Below are positions 1 to 11,500 of a DNA stretch of 64,000 nucleotides, piece after piece (within the stretch, counting starts at the first letter, position 1; every line of letters starts with the position of its first letter). The notes below the pieces were generated by a model. The model saw only the letters and a list, made by a program, of their open reading frames with translations. It searched no databases and was not told the DNA's origin. The DNA is from Camelus ferus (taxonomy: Eukaryota): assembly GCF_009834535.1 (NCBI RefSeq), contig NC_045698.1:12402001-12466000 (forward strand). The letters are read 5' to 3'. The position numbers were made by a program, and so were the translations under genes.

Positions 1-1031
1 GAAGACAACATCAAGAACCGATAGGCATGAACTATTCTTTAATGGAGGAATGGGAGGGATTTGCAAATAGCCAGGAGCTAAGTCTTTTCTGCTTTGAAAT
101 TGTGAAGTCCTGGAGCCTCTGCCTGAAAGTCAAGGCAGGTGTCAGGAGTGTACAGATCCAAGAGGAAGCAATTGGGATGGGAGAGATCCTTCCCCAAAGT
201 TGGTCTCTCCTCTTTCTAAATTGTATTGTGGAAGCATTTTTCAAAAATATAAAAATTGGCACAAATAAAAGGCGGCATTTGGGGTTTACAGAGGGCACTG
301 TGTGGTGGTGGGTGTGGTTGGAAACACCAATGGAACACTTTCCTGGAGTTAATCCCTTACTGGCCAGAGCCCCAGCTTTGGCAATTTATGGGGATTCCCC
401 TCGTACTAGAATGACACTTTGGCCCAAATACATCTTGCATTTTGTCCTAGACCAAGTATCATTTCGATTTTCTCATCTTATTCTTTGTGTTCAGCGAAGT
501 GACCAAATTACTCTCTAAAAAATTCTTTGGTGTACATTTCTTTAATACCTAGTTTCTGGAGACTTTATTTTCTATATTTGTGGATTCTTACAGAAACTTC
601 GGTTATTATCCTCATTTCCTGAGGAGCCTGAGGCTCTCTGCCCGGTGGCATGGTACCAAGAATAGAAATATCCCTTCTGGCTTCTGGGCCAGTGCTCTGA
701 ATTATTTCCCATGCTTGCCTTCTTGGCTACTTGCACCAGTGATTAAGGATATTTTTATGACAATAAACTTCTTCACATCAGAATTCTAGAGTTTTCACTT
801 GGCTGTCTTTGTAGGCACAGTTTGTAAGGGAAAGTACTCCATTTAGGTGTTTATTCATTCATCAACCAATATTTATTAAACATCTATTGTGTGCTGGGCA
901 GTCTTCTAGGTTCTAAGGAGGTACTCATGATCAAAATAGGCGAAGATCTCTGCCTTCATAGAATTTACATTTTTAGTGCGTGGAGGCATACCACAAACAA
1001 GACAGACAGGGAAAATGTACGGGACGTTAGA

Positions 1032-1534
1032 AGTAGGGAGGAAAAAATGTTTTCCTCTAGCTTCAGTAAGTGAGGTCTGCGAACTAAACTGACAAGAGAC
1101 AGATAAGCAGGAGAAAAGGAATCCATATTTTATTAATATTTAAAATTTTACATGTATGGGGGCTTCACAGAAAAGCAATGAAAAACCCAAAGATGGGTTA
1201 GACTCAGGGACTTACATACTATTTTAACAAAAGGTGATAAATTGTGGAGAAGTGACTACACAAAGGAAAGGGGTTTGGGGCTTGTAGGGCCAATGAATTC
1301 TGGGAAGTGGAAGTACAGACGTACGTGGGGGAAGCTAAGGTAGCCAGGCTTGTTTACTAAGGTTTGTTCCTGCAGGCTGGTCTTGGTGACATGGCTGGTG
1401 ACTGGGATTTTTCTCCTCTTCCTGGACTGGGAGAGGGGGACCCCGGTGTCTGCTTTTTCTCAGTTGCCTTCAGCTTGGGGTAACCCTTATGCCTGAGTGA
1501 CATATTTTGAGGTAGCATATTCTGATCCCCTTCA
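1032..1534 (-). mobile_element. ERV1 solo LTR, MER34-like
   Basis: The reverse complement starts TGAAGGGGATCAGAATATGCTACCTCAAAATATGTCACTCAGGCATAAGG...GCTGAAGGCAACTGAGAAAAAGCAGACAC, which matches my recollection of the MER34-type 5' end. It interrupts L2. Confidence 0.8.
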
Positions 1535-2169
1535 GGATAACAGGGTGGGGAAAAGGATGGGATGAGAGATGGTTTGTAATTTTAGATAGAGTGCTCAGGG
1601 AAGATTTGATAGACTGAGCAGGGTAAGATTTGAATCAAGACCTTAAAGAAGAGAGGGGGCCAGCCTTGAGGGTGATGAGGAAGAGCATTCCAGGCAGAGA
1701 GGACAGCGGATGCAAAGGCAGAAGCGGGAGAGGTAGGGGAACTCAAGGAGGCAGAGCAAGTGAGCCAGGAAGATGAGGAGGGAGACAGAGGGGGAAGGAT
1801 GTGGCCGGCATGGACACACACACGTACATGAGGTGGGAGACTGTTGGACAGTTTTGATCAGAGGAGGGTGCGATCTGACTGACATGTGTTAACAAGATCA
1901 CTCTGATTTCAGGGTTGAAAATACATTGCTGGGTGACCCAGCTGGGAGCCTGAAGCCAGTAAGGGGACTTGTGGGTTACCCAGGCAAGAGATGGTGGTGG
2001 CTTGGACCGAGGATGTGGCAATGGGGGAGGTGGGTGGTGGTCAGATTCTGTATCTGTTTCTCAGGAGAGGTGACAAGATTTGTTGACGTGTTAGATGTGG
2101 GGTGTGGGAGGAGAGTCAAAGGTAACTTCTGAGTTTTTGCCCGAGCACCGGTAAGAATGAAGTTGCCAT

Positions 2170-2756
2170 GGTAGGGGAGGAAAAAGAACTTTCCCTTTAT
2201 CCTTCTGAATTCTAGGCTGAGACCTACCCCCAACCCCCATAATTAAAGACAGATTAACAAGAAGGAAAAACGAACCAGTTTAGTAACATGTCTACCTTAG
2301 GCATATGTTGGAAAACCTAGAGAAAATGAATAATTCAAAGAGATGGCTTTGGAATTCAGGCTTAAGTACCATCTTAATAAGGAAAAGGGAGGGAGGATGT
2401 TGGCTTCTTAGGTGAGAGTGAATGATTTATAGGAAAGATAAATGGGTCCTTAGAAGTCCAGATAGGAGGTCTGGTAGATTGTGATGGAGTCTGCTTGGAT
2501 GTGGTGTCGACTTTCAGTCTCCTGACCTGTGATGAGTCAATCTTCTCTGATGAAGGAATCTTTGAGGATCGAGTTCCTTTTGGAGGATGTGTCTTTAGGC
2601 AGATAAGAGAAGTTCAGAGAAAGCCTCTCTCTGCATTTGCTGTTTTTCCAGTGGCTACAACTCCAAATGATCCCTATGCCAAGCAGCGTATTTTCAGGTG
2701 GCACGTCCTTAATTCTTACGGTCATATTTTGGGGTGGTATGCTCCGCTGCCCTTCA
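2170..2756 (-). mobile_element. ERV1 solo LTR, MER34-like, with 4-bp TSD
   Basis: Same termini style as 1032-1534 (GTAGGGGAGGAAAAA ... ATATTTTGGGGTGG..CCCTTCA). CCAT is duplicated at 2166-2169 and 2757-2760, and removing the insert restores L2 GTTGCCATTTACTGAG. Confidence 0.85.
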
Positions 2757-3096
2757 CCATTTACTGAGACTGATGAAGGTTCTGAGAGAAATTGGTTGGT
2801 TGTGGGGGGTAGTTATCAGGAGCTCAGTTTTGTATACATTAAATGTGAGACAATTATTAGATATCCCACTGGAAGAATCAAAAATACAGTTGGATATATG
2901 AGTTGAAAGCTCAGAGAAATCAGAGCTGGAGATGTTTGGAACACATCAGCATACTGATATCTGAAACCATGAGACCAGATGTGCTGACCAAGGAAGAGAG
3001 TACAGCTGTAGAGTTAGAAGATCTGGGTCCAGATTTCAACGTCAACATCTGTGGCCCCATAACCAACCTCACTTCATTATCTGTGATGTGGTTATG

Positions 3097-3433
3097 TGCT
3101 GTGGACTGAACGTGTAGCCCACAAATTCATATGTTGAAATCCTAACCGCCAATGTGATGGTACTAGGAAGTAGGTCGTGAGGGTGGAGACCCCTTGAATG
3201 AGATAGTGCCCTTAAAAAAGAGACCCCAGGGGGCTCCCTCACCCTCATACGCCCTGTGAGAACACGGAGGGATGACATCTGTGAAGCAGGCAGTGGGCTC
3301 TCATCAGACACTGAATTTGCAGGCACCTTGACCTTGAACTTTCCAGCCTCCAAAACTATGAGACATAAGTACTTGTTGGTCAAGCCACCAGTCTATGGTA
3401 ATTTTGTTATAGCAGCCCAAATGGACTAAGACA
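3097..3433 (+). mobile_element. MaLR LTR, MLT1A/MLT1A0-like
   Basis: TGCTGTGGACTGAA...AATTCATATGTTGAAATCCTAAC...CCAGCCTCCAAAACTATGAGA...TTGTTATAGCAGCCCAAATGGACTAAGACA. Confidence 0.9.
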
Positions 3434-3681
3434 CTCTGACGATATTAGCATCACAGTGGTACCTTTGGATAAATCTAACGTGGTACTTGATGCTGAATAA
3501 ATGTTGGTTAAATATTGTCAGTGAATAAATAACTAGAGTTCCATTCCCTACCCAACAAACAACACTTGTTCTACTTGTCAGTTAACTCTTCATTTTAACT
3601 ATCTCTCATTCACGACCCTGGATTCTGGAATGAGGAACAGGTTGGGATAGGAGGGCAGAAATTCCACTGGATAAATAAGGT

Positions 3682-3905
3682 GCTATTAACTGAGCATTTA
3701 CTATGTGTCTGGGGCTGTCTTATCTCTTTACATGCATTATCTGATTTTATTCTCACAGAACCCTAGAAGATAGTTACCATTAAGTCCCCAGTTTTGCAGT
3801 TGAGAGTAGGTAGTGTACGTACCCAAGGTCATGGTGGATAAAAACCAGAACTTGGACCAGGATCCGGTTCCAACTGACTCCAAAGCTTTATCATTATTCT
3901 GCACT
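3682..3905 (-). mobile_element. MIR SINE
   Basis: ACTGAGCATTTACTATGTG...CCCCAGTTTTGCAGTTGAG...CCCAAGGTCA...CTGACTCCAAAGC. Confidence 0.8.
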
Positions 3906-4234
3906 CTCCACCATGGTAGAGGAGGGAAGGGGTCTCCTAACTCTGGTCAGTGACACTTCTTAGTCTTAACTCCATTCACCTGTTACCCTGCATTTTCATT
4001 CTTAGTCCAAGGTGACACAGCTGCGAAGTGACTGACGGGAACAAACGTCAGCCGAGGTCTTCCCACAAGGCCAGGTTCCATGTTCTATACCACAGCAGTC
4101 ATTCTGATAATCAGTAAGGCACACCTCCGCCCCCTTCTTCTCCCCGAATATAAACATAAATAGAGAAACATCTTACATAAAAATCTATGGTTAATGGTTC
4201 CATTTACTCTTCTCATGTCTTCACTTGGCCTCTA

Positions 4235-4430
4235 AATGGTGCATTTTTAAACCCTGGCCATGCTTTTGAAAACACCTGGAGAGTTTAAAAAAAAAATCAC
4301 AGAACCTGAGACCCTACCCCAGACCAATTCAATCAGATGAGGCCAGGGCAATGGTCTTTATTATTTTTTAATCTATTTTTGAAAATCTGCACAATTTTAA
4401 TGTGCAGACAAACCTATGAATGACCAGCTT
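4235..4430. mobile_element. MER5-type hAT-Charlie MITE
   Basis: CACCTGGAGAGTTTAAAAAA...CCCTACCCCAGACCAATTCAATCAGA...TTTAATGTGCAG. Confidence 0.7.
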
Positions 4431-6074
4431 ATAGGACAGGACCAAGCCAAGTCAAATGCAGGTGCAAATCATGACCATTTAGCTATACCAAGAATAGAGG
4501 TAAAAAGTACATTAAAAAATTCTAGTATTTTTCCTGATCCCAAACACTAACCTGCAGGATAGGCCACACCCATCACAATCTGGAGCAGGTAATTAAATTG
4601 AATATGTCCCTAAAATGACCCTGATTAATAAGTATGGGTGTCATATCCTATCTCTACCCTGATGCCTTTTTGTTGAGAACAAATACTTTGAGGACAAGAG
4701 GAGAAATTCAAATTACTTGGGGTATTTTGTGCCAGATACAGGAAGCACCATAGAGAGAGAAGGGGGACTGAGGGGGTGAGTTCTCTGGCAGTGATAATCC
4801 ACAGCTCGCCTTTGCAGGAGAAAAGAGATGGAACTGTGGGTGCTCTGGACGGCTGCTGGGAATGTAGCGGAGACAGGTACAGGGTTGCAGTTATGGATGT
4901 TTCCATGTCCCCTTTGTTCACCCCATCCTGTCCTTGGGGCCAGTCCCAGGTTCCAGCAGGAGTGGAGGGTTGTCTGAGCAAATCTAGGCAGGCTCAGCGG
5001 CAAGGGCAGTGTCCCGTGGTCAGCAAGCCCACTGAGCTGCAAATTCATTCTGGGACAGTCATCCCAGGACGACTGACCTTTGGAGATCGCTGACCTGCAT
5101 ACCTGTGCAAACTTGCTTCTAGAAAAGGTACCTTAATTTTATTTAAAAAAAAATTTAGAGTCCTTGAAATATCTTCTTTACCTATTTATCTTTTCTAATA
5201 TGTCCTTTTGGGGGCTGTGGCATTGTTTAAAAGCTTTTATTGTTCTTCTTCTTTATGTGGAGATCTGACGGGTAAAAAATCTTACTTCTTGCAGAGTAGA
5301 CATATGAATATTGCTGATGACATAAAATGATGTGGTTACTGCTGGATTTAGAATTGACTGCACACGGCACTTAGAATCTGGCTGGTTTGTCAGAGGAAGA
5401 GGAAGAAGAGTCTTTGAGTTAGTGGCTGCGTTCCATTCCTCCCAATCTAATAGCCCTTAGCACACTTCAGATAAACCAGCTCACTAAATGCAAACGCAAG
5501 TCCTGAGCCAAAGTCTCTTCCGGGCCTCCGTCCAGGCAGGTGTCTACAGGCGTGATCTATGAGCGTGAGTGGGCAGATTGGGTCTTCTTCCATTATCGTT
5601 TGCCCAAGAGACTACTATGGCTCCGTACTCCCCATCTTTGGGAGTTCTTGACGTCCAAGGACTCAGACTTAATAAATGAAGGTATCGGGCCTCGGTGCAC
5701 GTCTTCTGCTTGCTTCCCCGACCTGGCTTTAACCGGGGGGTGGTCTGACCGCGCCATAAGCCAGTTGAGGGATCAGGCAGGAGGACCACGCCTGCGCCCT
5801 GGCAGCCCTTCTGAGGTTCCAGGAATCGTTCATCGCAAATGTCTTGCTGGACTCTAAAGCTCATCCTTGAGGACCAAGAAATCTATATATTTTAAGTAGC
5901 ATTGAATTTCAGAATCCAGTTAATGCACCATCTCTTACAGACTAATAAACCAGAATAATGTGCCTAAAATGGTAGATGCCTATAGAAACCTGCTTCACCA
6001 GCCAGAATGTGCACCGTTAGTTACTTCCTTTTTGGTATAATGCACAGAATTGTGGGTGTTCTGTTATAGTTTGC

Positions 6075-6630
6075 TTATTCATTTTCATAATCATTGTAAC
6101 ACTATAAAATATACAAGCAGTATGAAATTGTATACGGATAGTTTAAACAACAGTCGATGAACAGCTTTTAAACCACTGTCTACCCAAGAAATAGAACATC
6201 ATGGGTGCCCCAAAGCTCCCTGTGTGATTCAGTTAGATTGTGTATCCTTTCCCACCCTCACCCCCCTCCCCAATAACCACTGTCCTAAATTTTGTGTTAA
6301 TCTCACCCTTACTTTTTATTGTGTGTTTGTGTATAACCACAACATGAGTTTATCAGGAAATAATGTATTTAGTTTCCCCTGCTTTTGAACTTTATATGAA
6401 ATAATCCTCCACAATTTGCTTCTTTGGCTCGATCTTTTTTTTTTTTTAAATTCAGCCGCATTGATGCATGAAAACTGATCTATTCATTTTTGCTGCTGTG
6501 CAATATTCCATGGTCTGGAAAACCCATGACTTTTAATCATTCTACTGTTGATGGATACTTGTATTGTTTTCTTTATGAAAAACACTGCTAAAAACATCTG
6601 TGAACGTGTTTCCTGGTGCACATGTGTCAA
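6075..6630 (-). mobile_element. Old L1M (L1ME-like) 3' fragment
   Basis: AAGAAATAGAACAT..CCCAAAGCTCCCTGTGTG, TAACCACTGTCCTAAATTTTGTGTTAATC, TTTTGAACTTTATAT, ATTCTACTGTTGATGGATA. Confidence 0.8.
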
Positions 6631-6864
6631 GTTGGATTTTGATAGCTCTTTGTTTACCAAACTCCTTTGATTGAGAAATCATCAGGCAATGAGAAAAATT
6701 CTCAAGAGTAGAGCTGCCAAACATTTCCCCTATTTTTAAAAAGTGGGAAGAGGTGGAATCCGGAATATACTGAAACAATGAGCGTGATGAGGAGTCTTGG
6801 TAAAACTCACAAGAAGAAAATTAGATGTGATTTGTTCTTAAGAGTGCTTGGAAAGACAATGAGA

Positions 6865-7020
6865 GGGGAGGATATAGCCTAGTGGTAGAGTGCATGCCTA
6901 GCATACATGAGGTCCTGGGTTCAATCCCCAGCACCCTGATGGAAAAAAAAAGTAAACCTAATTATCTCCCCCTCCCACAAAAATGATTAATTAATTAATT
7001 AAAAATTTTTTTAAAAAAGA
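6865..7020 (+). mobile_element. tRNA-Ala-derived SINE, camelid vic-1-like (long-tail form)
   Basis: GGGGAGGATATAGCCTAGTGGTAGAGTGCATGCCTAGCATACATGAGGTCCTGGGTTCAATCCCCAGCACC with A and B boxes, then TAAACCTAATTATCTCCCCC and an AT-rich tail. Confidence 0.9.
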
Positions 7021-7214
7021 AGAAATAAAATGAAGTGCCTGTGACTTAGTGTCATGTCACTAAAAATAAGCTACAACAAATTAGTTTAATCAAAGCCTTT
7101 GGGAGAGTCACTGCTCTTGGATGTTCAGGAAATGCTCCATTTACCTTATTTTCCTATGAGTGTCCTGTGAGGCTCTGTATAGATTCCCTGTCACAGGGCT
7201 GTTCAGTGAGGCTT

Positions 7215-7340
7215 ATATTTACTTGTTTCCATGTCAGCTTCTCTGAACTACAAGCTCTGGTGGGTAGGGATCTTATCCTGATCATCTAACAAAGAGTGCT
7301 TGACTCCAGCTGGTGCTTCCTAGAGGTTTGTTGAATGAAT
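7215..7340 (+). mobile_element. L2 3' end fragment
   Basis: CTACAAGCTC..GGGTAGGGATCTTATC...GGTGCT...GTTTGTTGAATGAAT. Confidence 0.65.
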
Positions 7341-7513
7341 TCTCCCCTTCAAGGCCAAGACCAGGAGCATAAGATCGAAGTGGCACAGGCAGGAGGACCA
7401 GCAGTTTTGGAAACATCATATCCAATGATTATTGATTAAAAGATAAATAATCTAGTTAGAAAACCTCCATTTAAGCCTTTGCCTTGCTCAATTTTTTTGA
7501 GAGTTCAGATGGG

Positions 7514-8118
7514 TTTATTTGCTTTATATGACAACTTCACTGAGATATTATTTATATACCACACAATATACCTATTTAAATTGTACAAGCCAATTTTTTT
7601 TTGTAATTGCGAACATCACCACCATCAGTCTTAGAATATTTTCATCACTGCAAAAAAAAAAAAAACCTTTATCCATTAGCATACCCTCCCAACCTCCCCA
7701 GCCTGGGCAACCACTAACCAACTTTCAGTCTCTATAAATTTGCATATTCTGGTTATTTCACATAAAAGGAGTCATACAATATGTGCTCTTTTATGACTGG
7801 CTTCTTTCACTTATCATGATATTTTTAAGGTTTCTTTATGTTGTAGCACATATTATTACCTTTTTATTGCTGAATAATATTCTCTTCTATGAATATAGAT
7901 GTTTTGCTTACCCAGTCATCAGTTGACGGACATTTTTCCCACTTTATTACTATTTTGAATAATGCTGATATGAACATTTGTGTACAAGTTTTTATGTAGA
8001 AGTATGTTTTCATTTCTCTCTGAAATATTTTTGTTTTACTTCTTTTCTCTTGGGCATATGTTTGAGTGAGATTCCTGGGTCATATGGTAACTCTAAGTTT
8101 AACCTTTGAGGAACTTGT
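7514..8118 (-). mobile_element. L1MB-like LINE 3' fragment
   Basis: TTAGAATATTTTCATCAC, CCCCAGCCTGGGCAACCACTAA, GACTGGCTTCTTTCACTTA, TTTTTATTGCTGAATAATATTC, CTGGGTCATATGGTAACTCTA. Confidence 0.9.
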
Positions 8119-8218
8119 CTTGGATAACATTTTAATAAGCAATTTAGGTGAAGATAAGATTTATAATGATTAAATTTGTGAATGGTATAAATCTGCAAGG
8201 AATCACTGCTTTAGGATG

Positions 8219-8533
8219 GCAATGCTCAATATGGTAGCCACTAGCCACATGAGACTGCTGTGCACTTGAAGTGTGGTTAGTCTGAATTAAGATGACTTAC
8301 AAATGTACACAATATACTGGATTTAAAGTCTTAGTATGAAAAATGTAAATTATCTCATTAGTAATTTTTTATACTGGTTATAGGTTGACATACTAATACG
8401 TTGAAGGCATTGGGGTAAATAAAATATATTAAAATTAATTTCGCCTACATTTTTTTTTGCTTTTTCAATGTGGCTACAAGAAAATTTACAATACCATAAG
8501 TGCTGCATGTCCTGTTTCTATTGGGCAGTGTTA
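8219..8533. mobile_element. MER33-like hAT-Charlie element
   Basis: AATATGGTAGCCACTAGCCACATG...CACTTGAAGTGTGG...TAAATAAAATATATTAAAATTAATTTC...AATGTGGCTACAAGAAAATTTA...TTTCTATTGGGCAGTG. Confidence 0.85.
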
Positions 8534-8593
8534 CTCTGTTTCTTCGGTGTTCATCTCCTCCATCAAACATCAGATAAATACTAGCCTGGCAGG

Positions 8594-8830
8594 GTTTGGA
8601 GGCAGACTGATCTGGATTCAAAACAGATTCTTCTTAGATGTAACGCCATCATGGGCAGCTTCCTTGGTATCTCTAAGTCTCATTTCACTTAAATGTAAAC
8701 ATTAAAAAATAATAATATCTATTTTATCAAAATGTTACGAGAAGTCAATGAACGACATTATACGAAGAACTTAGAACTTAGCTGAACTTAACTGAAGGCA
8801 GGCACTCAGAAAGAGTGAGATAATGTCAGT
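8594..8830 (+). mobile_element. MIR SINE (degenerate)
   Basis: TTTGGAGGCAGAC..CTGGATTCAAA...TGGGCAG..TCTCTAAGTCTCATTTT..TGTAAA..ATAATAAT. Confidence 0.7.
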
Positions 8831-11039
8831 TATCTTCTCTCTTCTCTTCATTTCCATTCTGTTCTGTGATAGGTAATTAATCTGGTCAGACCATTTACAG
8901 TTCTGGGTGGTAACATGTCCCACCTCGTGTGACTTACATGGGTATTTAATTTAATAAGAAACTTCAAAATATTATGCTTAATAAAATGATTTCAATGGCT
9001 GAATTTTTCCGGTGGGCAGGATCTCATAAATAATATGAATAATCACTTTCATCTCTTCTTTGATTTTAGAATTTAACTTTGCCCATCTGCAGTGCAACAT
9101 ATGCCAAGTCTTAAAATACTCTCAGGCTGATTGAACTTACTCAGCATTGAGGATGTGTTGGGATTGTTCACATGTGTTTCAGGATGTCATTTGAACCACC
9201 CAGAACTCATTCAATATGGAAAACTAAGTGAGAACTTCTCAAAGGAACTTATGCTCTTCTCTTCAGAGGTCAATGGAATTTCCTGTTTCTGTTTGGACTC
9301 AAAATATCATGTGAAGTTCTACTTTCTCTGAACACTTTGGATCCTGGCTTGACCCAGGAAGGCACAGCTTAATTTAAATGGAAAACACACACATATCACA
9401 GACACTTTATCACCTCCTCCAGTTCTGAGGCATGTCTGCTTGACCAGACGCTGATTCCTGTCCACGACATCCATCGTGGAATGTATTCTTCACTTTGCTG
9501 AGATTTACTTCCTTCTCCAGAATTGCCAAGCACTCACAATTTCTTTCCACCTTTTTGTACTTTTGAAAGCAGGTTGAGCATCAGATAGAGAGAGAAATGG
9601 ATGGAAAGGAATTGGTAAACTTTTCTTAATCAAAGGAAAAACTTGCCTCTGAAAATAGAAGTTTCATATAATCAAATAAAACCTCTTGCTGTACTGAGGG
9701 CTCAAAGCAGTCCTTTCCTTGCTCTAGGTTTATGTAAGAGAACAGATCTACAAATTATATTATCGTTGCTTGAGCATTCTTGTCTTCCTTTTCTGTGTTT
9801 TGCCTCCCTAGGTGATCTGTGTCTAGAATATTCCAATTTGGTATGCAGCTAAAAAAAAAAAAGCTACCTCTACTTTTTGGAGAAACGTAGAGATCTGAGT
9901 CTGAAGTAATAGAACGGGTACCCTCTGCAGATCCGCTGACCATCCTGTTCCTATTTGCATGATTAGAGATTAAACATCTTTCAGCCATGTGTGAACTTGG
10001 CATGCTGGGGATTCCTGCTAAAAGCTGCACTTCCTTCTACATCTCACTGCATCCTCTGAGAGAAGTCTCTAAGTACTTCCTTCCAGCTGTCACCAAAAAT
10101 GATGAAGGGCCATTCACTGATAGAACTGCTTTGAGTGCCCCCGCCTGTGTATACAATGAGTAGAAAAGCATTTATTGCCTTTTCAAGGGCAGTATTGGAA
10201 CCATTACACTAACCCAACCAGGTTCTTTGCCTAAAGGATGGGAGGGACACTGCTATGTTCTGACAGAAGTCTTCTGTTGTTTGGGAGCAGAGATTATTTA
10301 ATTTCTTAGAAAGTCAAGTCAGAATGTAAAGCAGCGTTGATTGATCAGGACCGACTGAAAGAATGCCTCGCAGCGGCTAGTCTGTAAAGTCTTTCTCAAC
10401 TTCCTACTTCTGACATTTACCAAAAAGTGTGTTAGTTGCAATTCTTTTAAACCTCAGTCATGGTGTCCGTCAAACAGGAAAGAGGTCACTGAGAAGAAGC
10501 CAAAAAATCACGTATGTTGCTTCTTCCTGTAACTCATTTAGAATTTTGATGATCCCACACCTTCTGAAAAACAATTCAGATGACTAGATATGGGTCGTTC
10601 TGAACAAAGTTAATTATTGCCCAGTAGCCAGACACACCTACTTCATTTTCAAGATTATACTGTTTGTTGAGGAACCGATGATGGTAGGGAAGGGGGAGGT
10701 GCCATTGGGTGAGCTTTCTCTTCTGGGACCATTGTTTTTACCTTGTTTCTATCCGCATTGACTAGAAGCCAGAAAAATAACTCAGTCAATTTGAAAATTA
10801 TTTTAGTTGATCACACAATTATAATCATAAAAAATAGAAGTGGATTTAAAGAGTAATTAGCTCATAATCTACTTTCTTATGTAACAACTCTCAATTTTCC
10901 CATATTTTTTCCAGTCTTTGTTCATTATAATTGGAAAATAGAGTTCTTTTTTAACTGATGTCATTTAACCAAATATTTTAAAATGAGATATGAAACTATA
11001 GGGCTTCAGTGAAAACATACATCTGTACCTATTAAATGG

Positions 11040-11500
11040 GGCAAAGAGAAATATTATTTAGTGAAAAAAAATATACAAGCCATAAGAATTTATTACAGTT
11101 ATGAGCCTTTATGCCAAAGCAACATAAAAGCTGAATATAAAGCAAAAAATCATATAAAGAAAACTTAAAAATAAAAAAATTGTTCTGAGAGATTTTTAAT
11201 ATATCTTTTGCAGAGTTTAATAGACCAAGCAGGTAAAAATAAGGAAAAATAGAGTTTGAAATATGTCACAAACACCCTCAACATCGTAGAGATGTATATA
11301 GGACTTTATATCCTCTAGAAGATGTATATTCTTTTATGACCATGGACATTTACAGAACTCAACTGTGTAACTGGCTGCAAAGAAAACCACTAGTACATTT
11401 CAAAAGGTGGATTTTTGGTGGCAATATTCTTTGATCATAATTCAATAAAACAGGAAATCCATAATGTACACATAGATACTTCAAATTAAAGAAAGCTTTG
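11040..11500 (+). mobile_element. Ancient L1 ORF2 endonuclease-region remnant (no intact ORF)
   Basis: A-rich. GAGATTTTTAAT corresponds to the GDFN motif region, CATGGACATTTACAGAA to HGTF, and TTCTTTGATCATAATTCAATAAAACAGGAAATC reads FFDHNSIKQEI (SDHN motif). Confidence 0.75.

Larger units (their letters stand above)
850..3021 (-). mobile_element. L2 LINE 3' region (about 1.1 kb of L2), interrupted by two solo LTRs
   Basis: Begins with the reverse L2 tail (TTCATTCATCAACCAATATTTATT...TGTGTGCTGGGCA). L2 hallmarks follow: AGCATTCCAGGCAGAGAGGACAGC..ATGCAAAGGC, AAGATCACTCTG, GGTGGCTTGGACC, GTTGCCAT|TTACTGAGA and GGAGCTCAGTTTTG. Confidence 0.88.

Noticed and set aside
1..190. Possible L3/CR1 fragment at the window start
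   Set aside because: Only scattered short similarities (GGGAGGGATTTGCAAATA, TGTGAAGTCCTG); too weak without an HMM search.
1032..2756. Two-LTR provirus
   Set aside because: The sequence between the LTRs is L2, there is no PBS or gag/pol, the LTR interiors differ, and the second LTR has its own TSD.
6865..6935. tRNA-Ala gene calls for the SINE heads (also 18171, 52050, 55119, 58034)
   Set aside because: The stems are mutated, the heads are followed by A-rich tails and several are flanked by TSDs. They are SINEs, not tRNA genes.
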